The translations under genes and the position numbers were made by a program. Positions 1 through 13,092 of a DNA stretch of 64,000 nt are shown here, in pieces (position 1 is the first letter of the stretch; each line of letters opens with the position of its first letter). The stretch lies in NCBI RefSeq assembly GCF_009914755.1, contig NC_060939.1; one strand, given 5' to 3'. The stretch is from the human T2T-CHM13v2.0 reference genome, Homo sapiens. Under the pieces are notes generated by a model, which was not told where the DNA came from, ran no database searches, and saw nothing but the letters and a program-made list of their open reading frames with translations.

Positions 1-59
1 GTCACAGCACTGATTGGCTTCATCAACAGCATGTGGAATAAATTTTGCCTGATGACAGG

Positions 60-460
60 CTTTCAGCTATTTTGCCACCACTGGGCGCGGACGCTGCGCT
101 TAGCAGAGCCTGTTTGCCAGCGGCGGGCTCCCTGAGACCCCGGCAACTGCACAGGTGAACGGGGAAGTGGAAGGAGCAGCCCTGCTAACTGAGAAGGGGG
201 AGCACTTTACAAACACCATTACGAGAAACGTGAGAAGTGCAACGTGGCAAGAACCGGGCAGCACCTGGTGTCAGCGGCTAATTGTGTTTTAAGGTGGCGT
301 GTTAGACCAGCGCGCGAAGGGCAACCCGAGCCACCGCACTTGCCTTGCAGGCGCCGCGTCCTCTGACACGGGCTCGGATTACAGGAGGGACCGGCGCGGT
401 GGCAGCAGCCCCCGGGACTCACGTTCCACTCAGATGGACGCACGCACAGATGACGAGCCT
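60..460. promoter_or_regulatory. CpG-rich segment (small CpG island or island edge); candidate promoter/enhancer
   Basis: Roughly 30-35 CpGs in ~400 bp against a CpG-depleted background; no recognisable repeat; E-boxes CAGGTG/CACCTG/CAGATG; reverse CCAAT at 13-17. Confidence 0.55.
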
Positions 461-589
461 TTATCTTCCCCTTGCAGTGCTGGGACAGGACTCTTTTTGC
501 CACTTGCACACCAATGTCTGGTGAAAAGAAGAAAAATGAATTCAAAGGCTATATTAGATTTTAACATGTTCGAAAAATATTTAAAAAGG

Positions 590-663
590 AAGAAGGCAAA
601 AGAAGAAAGGGAGGGAGGAAAGGAGGAAAGGGAAAAGGACAGAAAAAGAAGAAAGAGGGAAAA
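590..663 (+). repeat. GA-rich low-complexity tract
   Basis: aagaaggcaaaagaagaaagggagggaggaaagg... Confidence 0.8.
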
Positions 664-1289
664 TGAGTTTTGTATACATACGTTTTTTTAAATTACAATC
701 ACTTCTATTTTCTATAAGGCATGGTAATTTTCATAAATGTCCCCCTTCCCACAATTATTATTATTTTGTAAAAATAATATTATTTCTTAAAATAATATTT
801 TTACAGAATAATAGTGGGGAGGGGGGCATTTATGAAAATTTCAATTGGATATAAACTTCTGTAGTAGAAATTAATTCAAATCTCAGAGAACATTGGGCCT
901 TGAATGCTCTAATATTCCATTCCAAACTCTAATATAATATGCATATGCCCCTGGAAAATTAGCATTCCACCAAAAATTTATATTTACAGAGGCAATTATC
1001 AGACACACACAAAAAACTGAATAAGGTGGAATATTTCATCTAGTCTTTAATGAGTAACAGCTCGTGGTCTGTGATAGACATACTGTGTTAAACTAACAAA
1101 AGTCAAAAACAATTGTAAAAATAGATTAAATTTTACATGAATAACAATGTAATATATTTTGACTGGTCCTAATTTTCTAACTACTAGTATCCTGGAAATG
1201 TTCTTGAAAAACCTATGAATTCTTAGGAGTTTAGTTTTGAATGTAAGTCTAAGGATATATAGGTAAACCTAAAGCAGTTTCATTGAATG

Positions 1290-1505
1290 TGATAGACACT
1301 GTGGTTGAAAGATGAGAGGTTTAGAAGCAAGGCAGTTCAAGACTTTTGTCTCATTTGCAATACTTGTAAGCTGTGTGACTTTAAGCCGCTAACCTAACCT
1401 CTCTGAGATTGTCTTCATCTGTAGTTTATGAAAAATATGTCCATTTTGTAAGGTTAGAAGGATAGAAAAAAGATGTATAAAGCTCTAAGCACAGTGCCTT
1501 GTATT
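1290..1505 (+). mobile_element. MIR SINE
   Basis: MIR core gctgtgtgacttt...aacctctctgag...ttcatctgta...taaagctctaagcacagtgcct. Confidence 0.75.
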
Positions 1506-3520
1506 CAACTCTTCCCTTTTTTAATTCCTAGGAGTAGTAGTATTATTTAGGAGAAAAGTAAATATCTTTGACTTTTAAAATAGACATTCAAAAATACCTC
1601 AAAAAAGGACTAAGTGCATTAATATATTCTTCTAAGTTCAAGCAACAAATATAAATGACAGTATCTCTCTCATTTGCCTCAAGATAATGTAAATTCCATA
1701 AGCAGACATGAGACTTACCCCAAAGTGGATCTATATAAGTGCTTATCCCCAGGGATATAGTGTATATGTAACTTGATGCCTCTGTTACTGTTGTAATTGG
1801 GGAAAAGGAAAGCCATCGTTGTGTGGAAAGAAGCTGAGGCTCTCTGCAATGTCAATGAGGTAGAATCAGAATGACATTTCCAGCATAATGTTGGCCAATT
1901 ACATGTTGGAAATATGTATGCACTGCTCTGAACCACCTGTCATGTGCCTAGGTTCCTAATAGGGAACAGGAGGCAGTCGCCAAAAAGAATAGTGAAAATG
2001 AGGAAAAAATTGTGAACAAAAATGCAAGATTGGCTGAAAACAGCAGCATTCAGAAAGAAAGTTCCAAGAAAACTGGCTGCTGAACAGTTTTACAGAGAAT
2101 CGCCATGCTTGCTCATGCTCTCCATCCGGGTCCCTATTTTGGAGAGAATTTTACGGATGCCCTGCTGACAGCTTAATGAAGGAACACTACAAATCATGTC
2201 AGAGGCAACAAGGGGTGCGAAACTAGCCTCTTCCTGTGCTGCCACCAAAAAAAAAAAAAAAAAAGTCTATGTTCTCCCAATGAGGTTTTTCAAAAATGAA
2301 TTATGCCATTAAGTGCCAAGAAGAAAATTAGCTACGAGCTTTTAAATTTAAAATGATCCCCTTTTTAATTGTAAAACAGTGGCACTTAACTGCTATTGAT
2401 CCTGCTGAGACACATTAGGGAACAGGGTCACCATAACTGTTAATATTCACTGCTTAGCGAAAGAGCATCAAAGGACATTTTAATGTCACAGACTTTCTCG
2501 GGGAGTTTTTAAAGAAGGTTTGAATCAGCCAGCCTATGAATGAAAAGGACATGAGGTAGACAAATGTAGAAACAAATGTGATAGCAATTTTCTGCTAATC
2601 AAATCATAACTCAAGATTGATTTTTTTGGCAAAAGTTTATGTCATATAGATTTCCAAGGCTGGTCGACATTTAAAAGTCAGAGTATATATTTTCTATAGA
2701 CTGGGACTTTTTAGATGATCATCCAATAGGGAATTTTTGTTTATTTTTAAACATAAATATAAGAGAGAGCTTTCCTTTTGGGGAAGACCATTTCACTTTT
2801 TTTGTACTTCAGAAGTAAGGAATATGAAATGTCAATCGCATTTTATTCAGGATGCAAAGTCTTTTCTACTTTTTAAAAACTTTTGGACAATAAACCACAG
2901 GTGAGTATTCAGTTTTTTTAAAAGTAGAAATCATATTTTTAGAGCATACATAGTGGATGTTTTCTGTTTTTGCTAGGATTTGAAAATACTGAATGTGTGG
3001 CATTGTCGACTTCTAGAATGTTGAACTTTACCATATATGACCAAGATAGGGAGCTGAACAAAAGTGCTTGCTATTAAAATGCAAAGCCTCCTGCTAAACC
3101 TCAACAGCCAATGAGGTTTAATTGGCTCATGTTTCTGCAAACTGCATAAGCATCATGGCACTAGTTTTAACATTTCTTAGAAAAGAAATGTTTTAAAATC
3201 CAAAGCCCCCTGTTAGAAACAAAAGAAATGTTTAAAAAATAAATGTACATTTTATTGGACTTAGAAACGAATTGTGTTAATCTATATTTCTCACTAGATC
3301 AATTATTTGCCATTTTCCAATACCTATTGCTCACTCTGCCAAGTAATTGTTATCAAAACAGTATTATCCTATTAGTCCTTAATTCAAAAATTTGTCATTA
3401 TTACCTGCAAAAATATTTTTTAGAGTGTAACTTTTTTTGGCAAATATATTATAGGAATTGAGAAATAGGAAATTGCCAATTAGACATGAATAATTTCTTT
3501 GGATGGTTTAAATTTTTGTT

Positions 3521-3522
<2 letters not shown>

Positions 3523-3583
<61 letters not shown>

Positions 3584-5219
3584 TTTTATCTCATTTTATT
3601 GTTATTTTTTTTTTTTTTTTTTTATTATACTCTAAGTTTTAGGGTACATGTGCACATTGTGCAGGTTAGTTACATATGTATACATGTGCCATGCTGGTGC
3701 GCTGCACCCACTAATGTGTCATCTAGCATTAGGTATATCTCCCAATGCTATCCCTCCCCCCTCCCCCGACCCCACCACAGTCCCCAGAGTGTGATATTCC
3801 CCTTCCTGTGTCCATGTGATCTCATTGTTCAATTCCCACCTATGAGTGAGAATATGCGGTGTTTGGTTTTTTGTTCTTGCGATAGTTTACTGAGAATGAT
3901 GGTTTCCAATTTCATCCATGTCCCTACAAAGGATATGAACTCATCATTTTTTATGGCTGCATAGTATTCCATGGTGTATATGTGCCACATTTTCTTAATC
4001 CAGTCTATCATTGTTGGACATTTGGGTTGGTTCCAAGTCTTTGCTATTGTGAATAGTGCCGCAATAAACATACGTGTGCATGTGTCTTTATAGCAGCATG
4101 ATTTATACTCATTTGGGTATATACCCAGTAATGGGATGGCTGGGTCAAATGGTATTTCTAGTTCTAGATCCCTGAGGAATCGCCACACTGACTTCCACAA
4201 TGGTTGAACTAGTTTACAGTCCCACCAACAGTGTAAAAGTGTTCCTATTTCTCCGCATCCTCTCCAGCACCTGTTGTTTCCTGACTTTTTAATGATTGCC
4301 ATTCTAACTGGTGTGAGATGATATCTCATAGTGGTTTTGATTTGCATTTCTCTGATGGCCAGTGATGATGAGCATTTCTTCATGTGTTTTTTGGCTGCAT
4401 AAATGTCTTCTTTTGAGAAGTGTCTGTTCATGTCCTTCGCCCACTTTTTGATGGGGTTGTTTGTTTTTTTCTTGTAAATTTGTTTGAGTTCATTGTAGAT
4501 TCTGGATATTAGCCCTTTGTCAGATGAGTAGGTTGCAAAAATTTTCTCCCATGTTGTAGGTTGCCTGTTCACTCTGATGGTAGTTTCTTTTGCTGTGCAG
4601 AAGCTCTTTAGTTTAATTAGATCCCATTTGTCAATTTTGTCTTTTGTTGCCATTGCTTTTGGTGTTTTGGACATGAAGTCCTTGCCCACGCCTATGTCCT
4701 GAATGGTAATGCCTAGGTTCCATTGATCTATATCTCTGTTTTGGTACCAGTACCATGCTGTTTTGGTTACTGTAGCCTTGTAGTATAGTTTGAAGTCAGG
4801 TAGTGTGATGCCTCCAGCTTTGTTCTTTTGGCTTAGGATTGACTTGGCAATGCGGGCTCTTTTTTGGTTCCATATGAACTTTAAAGTAGTTTTTTCCAAT
4901 TCTGTGAAGAAAGTCATTGGTAGCTTGATGGGGATGGCATTGAATCTGTAAATTACCTTGGGCAGTATGGCCATTTTCACGATATTGATTCTTCCTACCC
5001 ATGAGCATGGAATGTTCTTCCATTTGTTTGTCTCCTCTTTTATTTCCTTGAGCAGTGGTTTGTAGTTCTCCTTGAAGAGGTCCTTCACATCCCTTGTAAG
5101 TTGGATTCCTAGGTATTTTATTCTCTTTGAAGCAATTGTGAATGGGAGTTCACTCATGATTTGGCTCTCTGTTTGTCTGTTGTTGGTGTATAAGAATGCT
5201 TGTGATTTTTGTACATTGA
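3523..5219 (-). mobile_element. L1HS (Ta, Ta-1) 5'-truncated LINE-1 with poly(A), 3' transduction and internal deletion
   Basis: Sense-strand 3'UTR diagnostics gatgacACAttagtggg and aacttaGagtataat (Ta); aaaTgaGtataaa = YPNEYK (Ta-1); T58 at 3523-3580 and T19 at 3605-3623; L1 homology ends at gtacattga (5219). Confidence 0.97.
3829..5157 (-). pseudogene. C-terminal fragment of L1 ORF2p (end of RT, C-domain with CCHC knuckle); open frame but promoterless and missing ~80 aa
   Basis: [19 protein letters not shown]...[18 protein letters not shown]...IFSLIGGN; DQWN joined directly to LGITIQDIG. Confidence 0.95.
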
Positions 5220-5917
5220 ATATGTAGATCTGGAGTTTAGGAAAGAGATTTAGGTTCTAGTTAGAGTGTGCAGGAAGATTTTCTAACCCTAGAAGTCTTC
5301 AGATCAGCCTCAGGGGCATTTAAGGTCCTTAACCTCATAAAATTATGCATTCTTATATATACATTAATAAGGCAAAATTTGTTATGTAAAACAAATTCTC
5401 AAAGGATCAATAACCCTCTAAAAACTATCTTTGTAGACAATAAGAGAGTCAATGGTGGAACTATGAGCATTATCAATAGTTAAGAAATTGATGTTCATGT
5501 TGAATATGAGGTTTCCACAATTTGTGCCCATTTCTGTATGCAAATACATACTATTTTACCAAATCCTTCTTCTCTGAGCAGTCAAATAGCTTCACCAGTG
5601 CCCACGGTACTCTTGTTCTTTCTTGCCTCCAGACTTCTTCCCCTTAACGACCTGTCATCTTCTCTCTGCCTATCCTCGTCTCACTCTCCTTAAAGATCCA
5701 TGAAGATTCATAAGGATTCAGGAAGGTTATGTTTTTCTCTTTGACCAACCCAAATGTCCCTTTCCCTCTAAATGTCAGCAAGAGCTTTTATCAGAAGCTT
5801 TCATTTGGTTCTTACACAGTAGGGCCCTAAATAAATTTTCAAAATAAATATATAAATCACATCTTGAGACAGCTGTTGATATGCCATTTTGTATGATTCT
5901 TAAAATAATTAGTGTCT

Positions 5918-6035
5918 GTATATGCATATATTTGTAATAGTATCTATATACGCATATATATGTAAATTTGTGCACACACACATACTTGCATATATAGGTG
6001 TATATATATATGTATGTGTGTACATATGTATATAT
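5918..6035. repeat. (TA)/(TATG)/(CA)-rich simple repeat
   Basis: Alternating purine-pyrimidine low-complexity sequence. Confidence 0.8.
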
Positions 6036-8291
6036 CCTGCCAACTAAACTTTAATCTCATTGAAGTCAATGTCCATATAACTTTTCTAATTTTGAGCACA
6101 CAGTAAGCAGGTACATACCAATTGGTCAGGCAGATAAAGAGGAGGATAAAGAAAGGAAGAGGCGGCATACAAAATTCAGTAGAAAGAGTTCCAAGATACA
6201 CGTTATAAATCTACGTACCAACTTTGTGTCTGCTTTTAAGATATTTGACCTCTAAAATAAAGAAAAAATTACCTGCTCAGCTTGTGTCATAAGAGTGTTA
6301 TAAAGATTAAATGATATATAAAAATACATTTTATAAAGTAGAATAAAGAAGTGTATATAAGTAAATCATAAGAAAAAAATTTAATGATATTCCAAGATAT
6401 TTTCTACTTTGTTTCCTAAGTACTAAGCATAGTTTAAAATAATTATAGATTAGTGGAATGATTTGCAGGTATGTGTGTGAAACAAACAGAATCAGAATCA
6501 CAGTAAAGCTTTTAGCAAAATTTAAACAACTAAGCTACTAAACTTCTGTAATTATCTAATAGTTCTAGCCAGAACAAGGTAAAATGTATAATTCTCTAAT
6601 TCTGGTGATAATAAATCAAACATTTTTAGAGGGGCTAAATGTAAGTACATTACTATTTACTCATAAAGACTGTTCTAGAAATTTATCAGAAATAGATTTA
6701 TAATCAACCAGAATAATCTGTTAAAAGAACTAAGGGAGCTCAATTTAGAGACTCTGCCAAACGTCATTCAAGAATTTACTTCTTTAAGAGATTTTTTAAG
6801 TTTAGATTTTACATAACAGTTTGTATTAGATACAATATTAAATATTCATAAAGTAGGACATAACTTTACATATTTTTGTACATCAATCGTTGCTGTTTTG
6901 TTCTTTAGTTAATAAACACTCAGAATGTACTAGCCTTTGCAATACTGCATTAATGGGAGTAGATCAAAATTTTTATTTCATGTGTTTTTTATTCAAAATC
7001 AAGCCTATGCAGCCTTACTTTTGCATTGCTTTTACAGAAACAAAGTAACTTTGGTTCACAAGTATGTGAACTAAATTACTGCCTTGGAGGGTGGTTAAAA
7101 ATGTGTTGGGAAGGAAAAGAATATGCATGAGCAGAGCAGGGCAGAAAGAGGTACTCTTGGAATGCTCTCTTCAGAGAGATTACAGAAGCAAATTATAACT
7201 AAATCCTGGTCTCAGAGCTGTTGTCCGGTGTAGATTACTGGGGACTGGCCTGAAGGTTGTGAGACAGATAGATGAGCCAAGAGAGGGACCACCATGTCCA
7301 TGGGCCATGAATTTCCAATCTGCACATCCCTGTCTTTGCCCTCATAGCAATGAGAAGGGTAAGCTTCAGGCTTTGTGGAGCCTAAAACTCACACCTTTTG
7401 GGAGATCTTCTTAAAAATAGAAAAACAAATTAATTAAAAATACAAAATTTGTAATTAATCAAAGGAGGGCCTTGTGTTTCACTGGCTTTGCAGGAAATTT
7501 GCCTCTGTCACCAAGAATCCATAATGAGGTTTTAGCTTGTTACCGTCTGTGATTCTGCATTTGATTCATCTCATCTTAGAGAGTCAGGCAATACTTCACA
7601 ATAAGACAACATCTGCACTTTTAAAATCCTTGTCTCCTGGTAAGGAAAGAAGTGTTACTGCGGAACAGGCTGTGGGGCTTGTGATCTTCCCTCCATGCCT
7701 GCCCTCCTCACTTTGCATCTCTCACAATCTCTATGGAGAGTTCCACAGTCTTCCCACTCCATGGCTGAGGGTTGTAATGCCTGTGTGCAGGTTAGGGGAG
7801 GTGTGTTCTCAGCGGCTCACAAATTGATCCTCATGGTGTCATAATCACAGATTAAATTTCCCCAAAGTCTGATAGTTTGGCACTGTCTAGTAGTCAAAGG
7901 TGGCAGCTGGAGTCCTAGTACCGAGCTTCAGGTGTAAGGATATGAGTTGATTGACCTAAACCCACTCCCACTGCTGACGAGAGTCAGGAAGTCATAACAC
8001 CTCTCTGTCTGTTCTGACAGGTCAATAACATCGAATTTGCACCTCAGAAGTGGAACATTATTTTAAAAATAATCAAGTTTCTTTGGTAGCTGACAGCCAA
8101 GAGAGTCGAAGATTGTGATAAGAGTGTGAATTGTCCATTCCAGCTTTCCAGACAGGAGAACTAAGACATCAGAGTGAAGAGGTTTGGAAAGCCTCATCTT
8201 GCAGGTAGTTGGAAAGATGAGATAGGAGAAGGTCAGACAAAAGGCAGTGACAAGATGCAGAACATCAGAATTCAGTAAGTCAGGTGGAAGT

Positions 8292-8875
8292 AGGCTTTTC
8301 AGATACAATACATGATGCCCATTTGTATTAGATGCAATATTAAATATTCACAAAGTAGGGGATATTCAGTTATACATTAATACTTTTTTAGTACAAGTAT
8401 GTCCCATATATTTTGTGGAATATATTTATTAAAAATTGTTGTACACATGAAATTCATATTTAACTTGGTATCTGCTCTGGTTTGAATGCCCCCTCCAAAA
8501 CTCATGTTGAAATTTAATTGCCATTGTAATCATACTAAGAGATGGGGCCTTTAAGACATGATTAGGTCAAGAAGGCTCTGCCCTCATGAATGGATTAGTG
8601 TCATTATCACCAGAACAGGTTAGTTATTGTGGGTGTTAGATCCACTTTTTCTCAATGTCTCTTGCACTGATTTGCCCTTCCACCTTCCATCATGGAATTA
8701 TGTGGCAAGAAGGTCCTCACCAGATGTAGTGCCATTCTCTTGGACTTCCCATTCTCCAGAGCCATGAGCCAAATAAACTCTCTTTTTTATAAATGACCCA
8801 GTCTGTGGTGATATAGCAGCAGAAAACAGAATAAGGCAGTGTCCTACATTTTATTTGCTAAATCTAGCAGCCCTA
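8292..8875. mobile_element. MER53-like hAT MITE interrupted by an MST LTR
   Basis: agtacaagtatgtcccata...gaaattcatatttaact; terminus ttatttgctaaatctagcagccct. Confidence 0.7.
8473..8838 (+). mobile_element. MST-family (MSTB/C/D) MaLR solo LTR
   Basis: TG...CA ends; ccaaaactcatgttgaaatttaattgcc; 5-bp TSD gtatc/gtgtc. Confidence 0.85.
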
Positions 8876-9225
8876 GTGGAAAGCCAAATAAAAAGGATAC
8901 CTTAAATTAGCCAGGACTTTTCAGTCCAAAAAATAGAAACCCATTCCAAACTAGTTAAAATGAAAATGAAAATAAATGTTGCAGAAGTATGTGGTCAACT
9001 GATTGTTTACAATGGTGATAATACAATTATTTAGGGAAAAAAATGTGCTGGAACACCTGAATGTTTTTAAGAAAAAATAAAAATAAAACTTGATTCTTAT
9101 GTCATGCACAAAAACTAATTAAAAATAGATCCTCAGCCGAAATAAATATAAATAGTAAGATGATAAAGCTCCTCAAGGCAAACAAAAGAATAGCTTCTTG
9201 ACATGGGGTAGGCAGAGATTTCTTA

Positions 9226-10091
<866 letters not shown>

Positions 10092-10325
10092 ATTGTCCTT
10101 CATCAAATGTAAAAGCTTCCAACGATCAAAAGACTTCATTAAGAAAATGAACAGAGAGGTCACATACTAAAAAAAAAATGTTTGTAACTCATGTGTCTGA
10201 CCAAGTGCTTATATCTATCACATATAAGAGTTTCACAAAACATTGCAAAAATACAAAAAATGAAAAATTTTTAAATAGGCAAATAACTTTTATAGACAGA
10301 ATACCTAAAATTATAAAAACCGACT

Positions 10326-10680
10326 CTATCAGTCCATTATCATGCCCCCGATAAAGACATACCTGAGACTGAGTAATTTACAGAGAAAAACAGGTTCAAT
10401 GCACTCACAGTACCACGTGGCTGGGGAGGCCTCACAATCATGGCAGAAGTCAAAAGGCATGTCTTACATGACGGCACACAAGACAGAAATGTGAGCCAAG
10501 CAAAAGGAGAAACCCCTTATAAAATCATCACATCTCATGAGACTTGTTCACTGTGAGAACAGTATGGGAGAAATCACCCATACTTCAATTATCCCACCTG
10601 GTCCCTCCCACAACTCGTGGGAATTATGAGAGCTACAATTCAAGATGAGATTTGGGTGGGGACACAGCCAAACCACATCA
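10326..10680 (-). mobile_element. THE1 solo LTR
   Basis: ataaagacatacctgagact...gagatttgggtggggacacagccaaaccacatca. Confidence 0.9.
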
Positions 10681-10720
10681 TTGACAATACCAAATTTTGG
10701 CAAGTATGTGTTGCTGGAAG

Positions 10721-11515
10721 TTACAGGTGAAGCCAGCTGGACTTCCTGGGTGGAGTGGGGACTCAGAGAACTTTTCTGTCTAGCTAAAGGTTTGTAAACG
10801 CACCAATCAGCACTCTGTAAAAAACGCACCAGTCAGTGCTCTGTGTCTAGCTAAAGGTTTGTAAACACACCAATCAGCACTCTGTAAAAACGCACCAGTC
10901 AGTACTCTGTGTCTAGCTAAAGATTTGTAAAAGCACCAATCAGCACTCTGTAAAAACGGGCCAATCAGCACTCTGTAAAATGGACCAATCAGTCCTCTGC
11001 AAAATGGACCAATCAGGACTCTGTAAAATGGACCAATCAGCAGTATGTGGGTGGGGCCAAATAAGGGAATAAAAGCTGGCCACCCAGCAACCTGCTAAGG
11101 GTTTCCTTCTATGCTGTGGAAGCTTTGTTCCTTTGCTCTTCACGATAAATCTTGCTGCTGCTCACTCTTTGGGTCCACACTACCCTTATGAGCTGTTAAC
11201 ACTCACCTCGAGGGTCTGTGGCTTCACTCCTGAAGTTGGTGAAACCAAAAACCCACCGGAGGAACAAACAACTCCGGACGCACCACCTTTAAGAGCTGTA
11301 ACACTTACTGCAAAGGTGTGCGGCTTCACGCCTGAGGTCAGCAAGACCACGAACCCACTGGAAGGAAGAAACTCCAGATACAGCTGAACATCTGAAGGAA
11401 CAAACTCTGGACACACCATCTTTGAGAACTGTAACACTCCCCATGAGGGTCTGCGGCTTTATTCTTGAAGTCAGTGGGACCAAGAACCCACCAGAAGGAG
11501 CTAATTCCGGACACA
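10721..11515 (+). mobile_element. LTR12 (ERV9) solo LTR, ~0.8 kb form
   Basis: ggtgaagccagctggacttcctggg start; tandem ccaatcagcactctgtaaaa units; aataaaag box; U5 repeats gtaacactcacc...; ends ccggacaca. Confidence 0.92.
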
Positions 11516-13092
11516 GAGACGTGTAAGATAGTACAACTCATTTGAAAACTGACACTTTCTAATAAATCTATATACTTACCCATGAAACAGAAATTATACC
11601 ACTAGGTATTTACGTTCCTCACAAATAAAAATAGCATGTCCACCAAAAGTCTTGTACAGGGATATTAGAATGTTTACATCAACTTCATTTAAAATCATGA
11701 AAACTCAGAAGTAGCTCCATGTCAGTCAACAGGTAAACAAATAAATGAATTGCAGCATATTCATACTATAAGTTAAAATTCATTAATAAAAATAACTACT
11801 GCTATATGCAACAACATATATGAACCTCAAAAACATGTTGAGTGAAAGAAGATAGACACAAAAGAAAATAGAAACAGAACCATTCAATGATTCTATTATT
11901 TGAAGTTAAAGAATAGTCAAAAATAACCCAAGAACATAGAAATAAGAACAATGGTTGCTTCTGGGGCATAGCAGGAGGATTGTTGTTCATGGAGGAACTC
12001 TACAAGATGATAGAAATATTTTGTGTCTTAAAAGAGGTTGTGGGTTACAAGAGTGTATACATTTGCCAAAATGCATCAAATCGTGCCTTTAATATCTGGG
12101 TGTTTTGTGTTGTAATGTCAGCTATACCTCAATAACTGGTGTTAGTGCATATAACTAGAATACCAAGGCTTAAATTGGTTTTAGGGATATCCAAGTCTAG
12201 GACTTCAAATAAGGTCATCAGACCTGTCCTTTTCTCTCTCCCTTTCGCAGCGTCCCTCCAGCTTGCCTCTTCTTGCCTTTGTTGACTTTATTCTGAATCT
12301 GCATTCAGTATGTACCACATAGTCATATGAAAGTTCCTGCAGGGATTTTAGCAATCATGAGATGATTCTCAGTGCCAAAATTATGCAAGGACAAAAATGC
12401 TATATTGACTGAACTTGTTCACATAAGAGAAAAAACTAAACAGACTGTAATTCTCATTTTAATTGTGCATCATAACTCTCTAGTCTGCTGAAGCTGTTCT
12501 TGGTAAACTAAGACTTAGAGTTGATATTAGTCACGATCTATCTGATCCACAGAGGTAAATGACCGAATAGGGGGTTGCCCTCAGCCAGTTTAAGAAAATA
12601 TCCTTATGTTATTTAGAATTGCACATTTATTAGGACATTTATTGCTGTTTTTATGAAAGTCATGATAAGCCTTAAAAGTAAGTATCACAACCAGAGCTTT
12701 TGAGACAGACACATTATTGATTTTGCTCTCTGAAGAGGTCACATTGTGAAAATGGAACAGGTCTGAGTGGGAAAGGTGATGGCTCCAAGTTTCATCTCAG
12801 ATGGAATCCTGTTGCATGACAAAAAAGTAAAGCTCTGTCTTTCACTCTACTCCTTTTACAAATACGATTTGACTTCTACGTGCTTCTCTTCCTGCAAATG
12901 TTCAATGAGTCCTTCTAGAAACCATTTGTCCTGCAGTTCCCAAATAACATTGTCAGATAATTTTCTTCCCAGGCCTTCAGCCAGCTGGAGATAGGCTCTT
13001 TTATTTCTGCGTCCTTTTTTAAAACTAAAAGCTAATTTTATACAATTTCTCTTTACATTCCCTAACTCAGAAAAATTGCTTTTCTTAAGTTT

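Noticed and set aside
219-691. Overlapping 108-aa and 130-aa ORFs
   Set aside because: Expected in GC-rich DNA plus a GA low-complexity tract; no homology recognised.
4700-4740. L1 internal deletion as a spliced-out intron
   Set aside because: The missing segment does not have GT...AG ends in the L1 sense; microhomology explains the junction better.
3829-5157. 442-aa ORF as a functional gene
   Set aside because: Truncated L1 ORF2 lacking the promoter, endonuclease and most of the RT; it is open only because the insertion is young.
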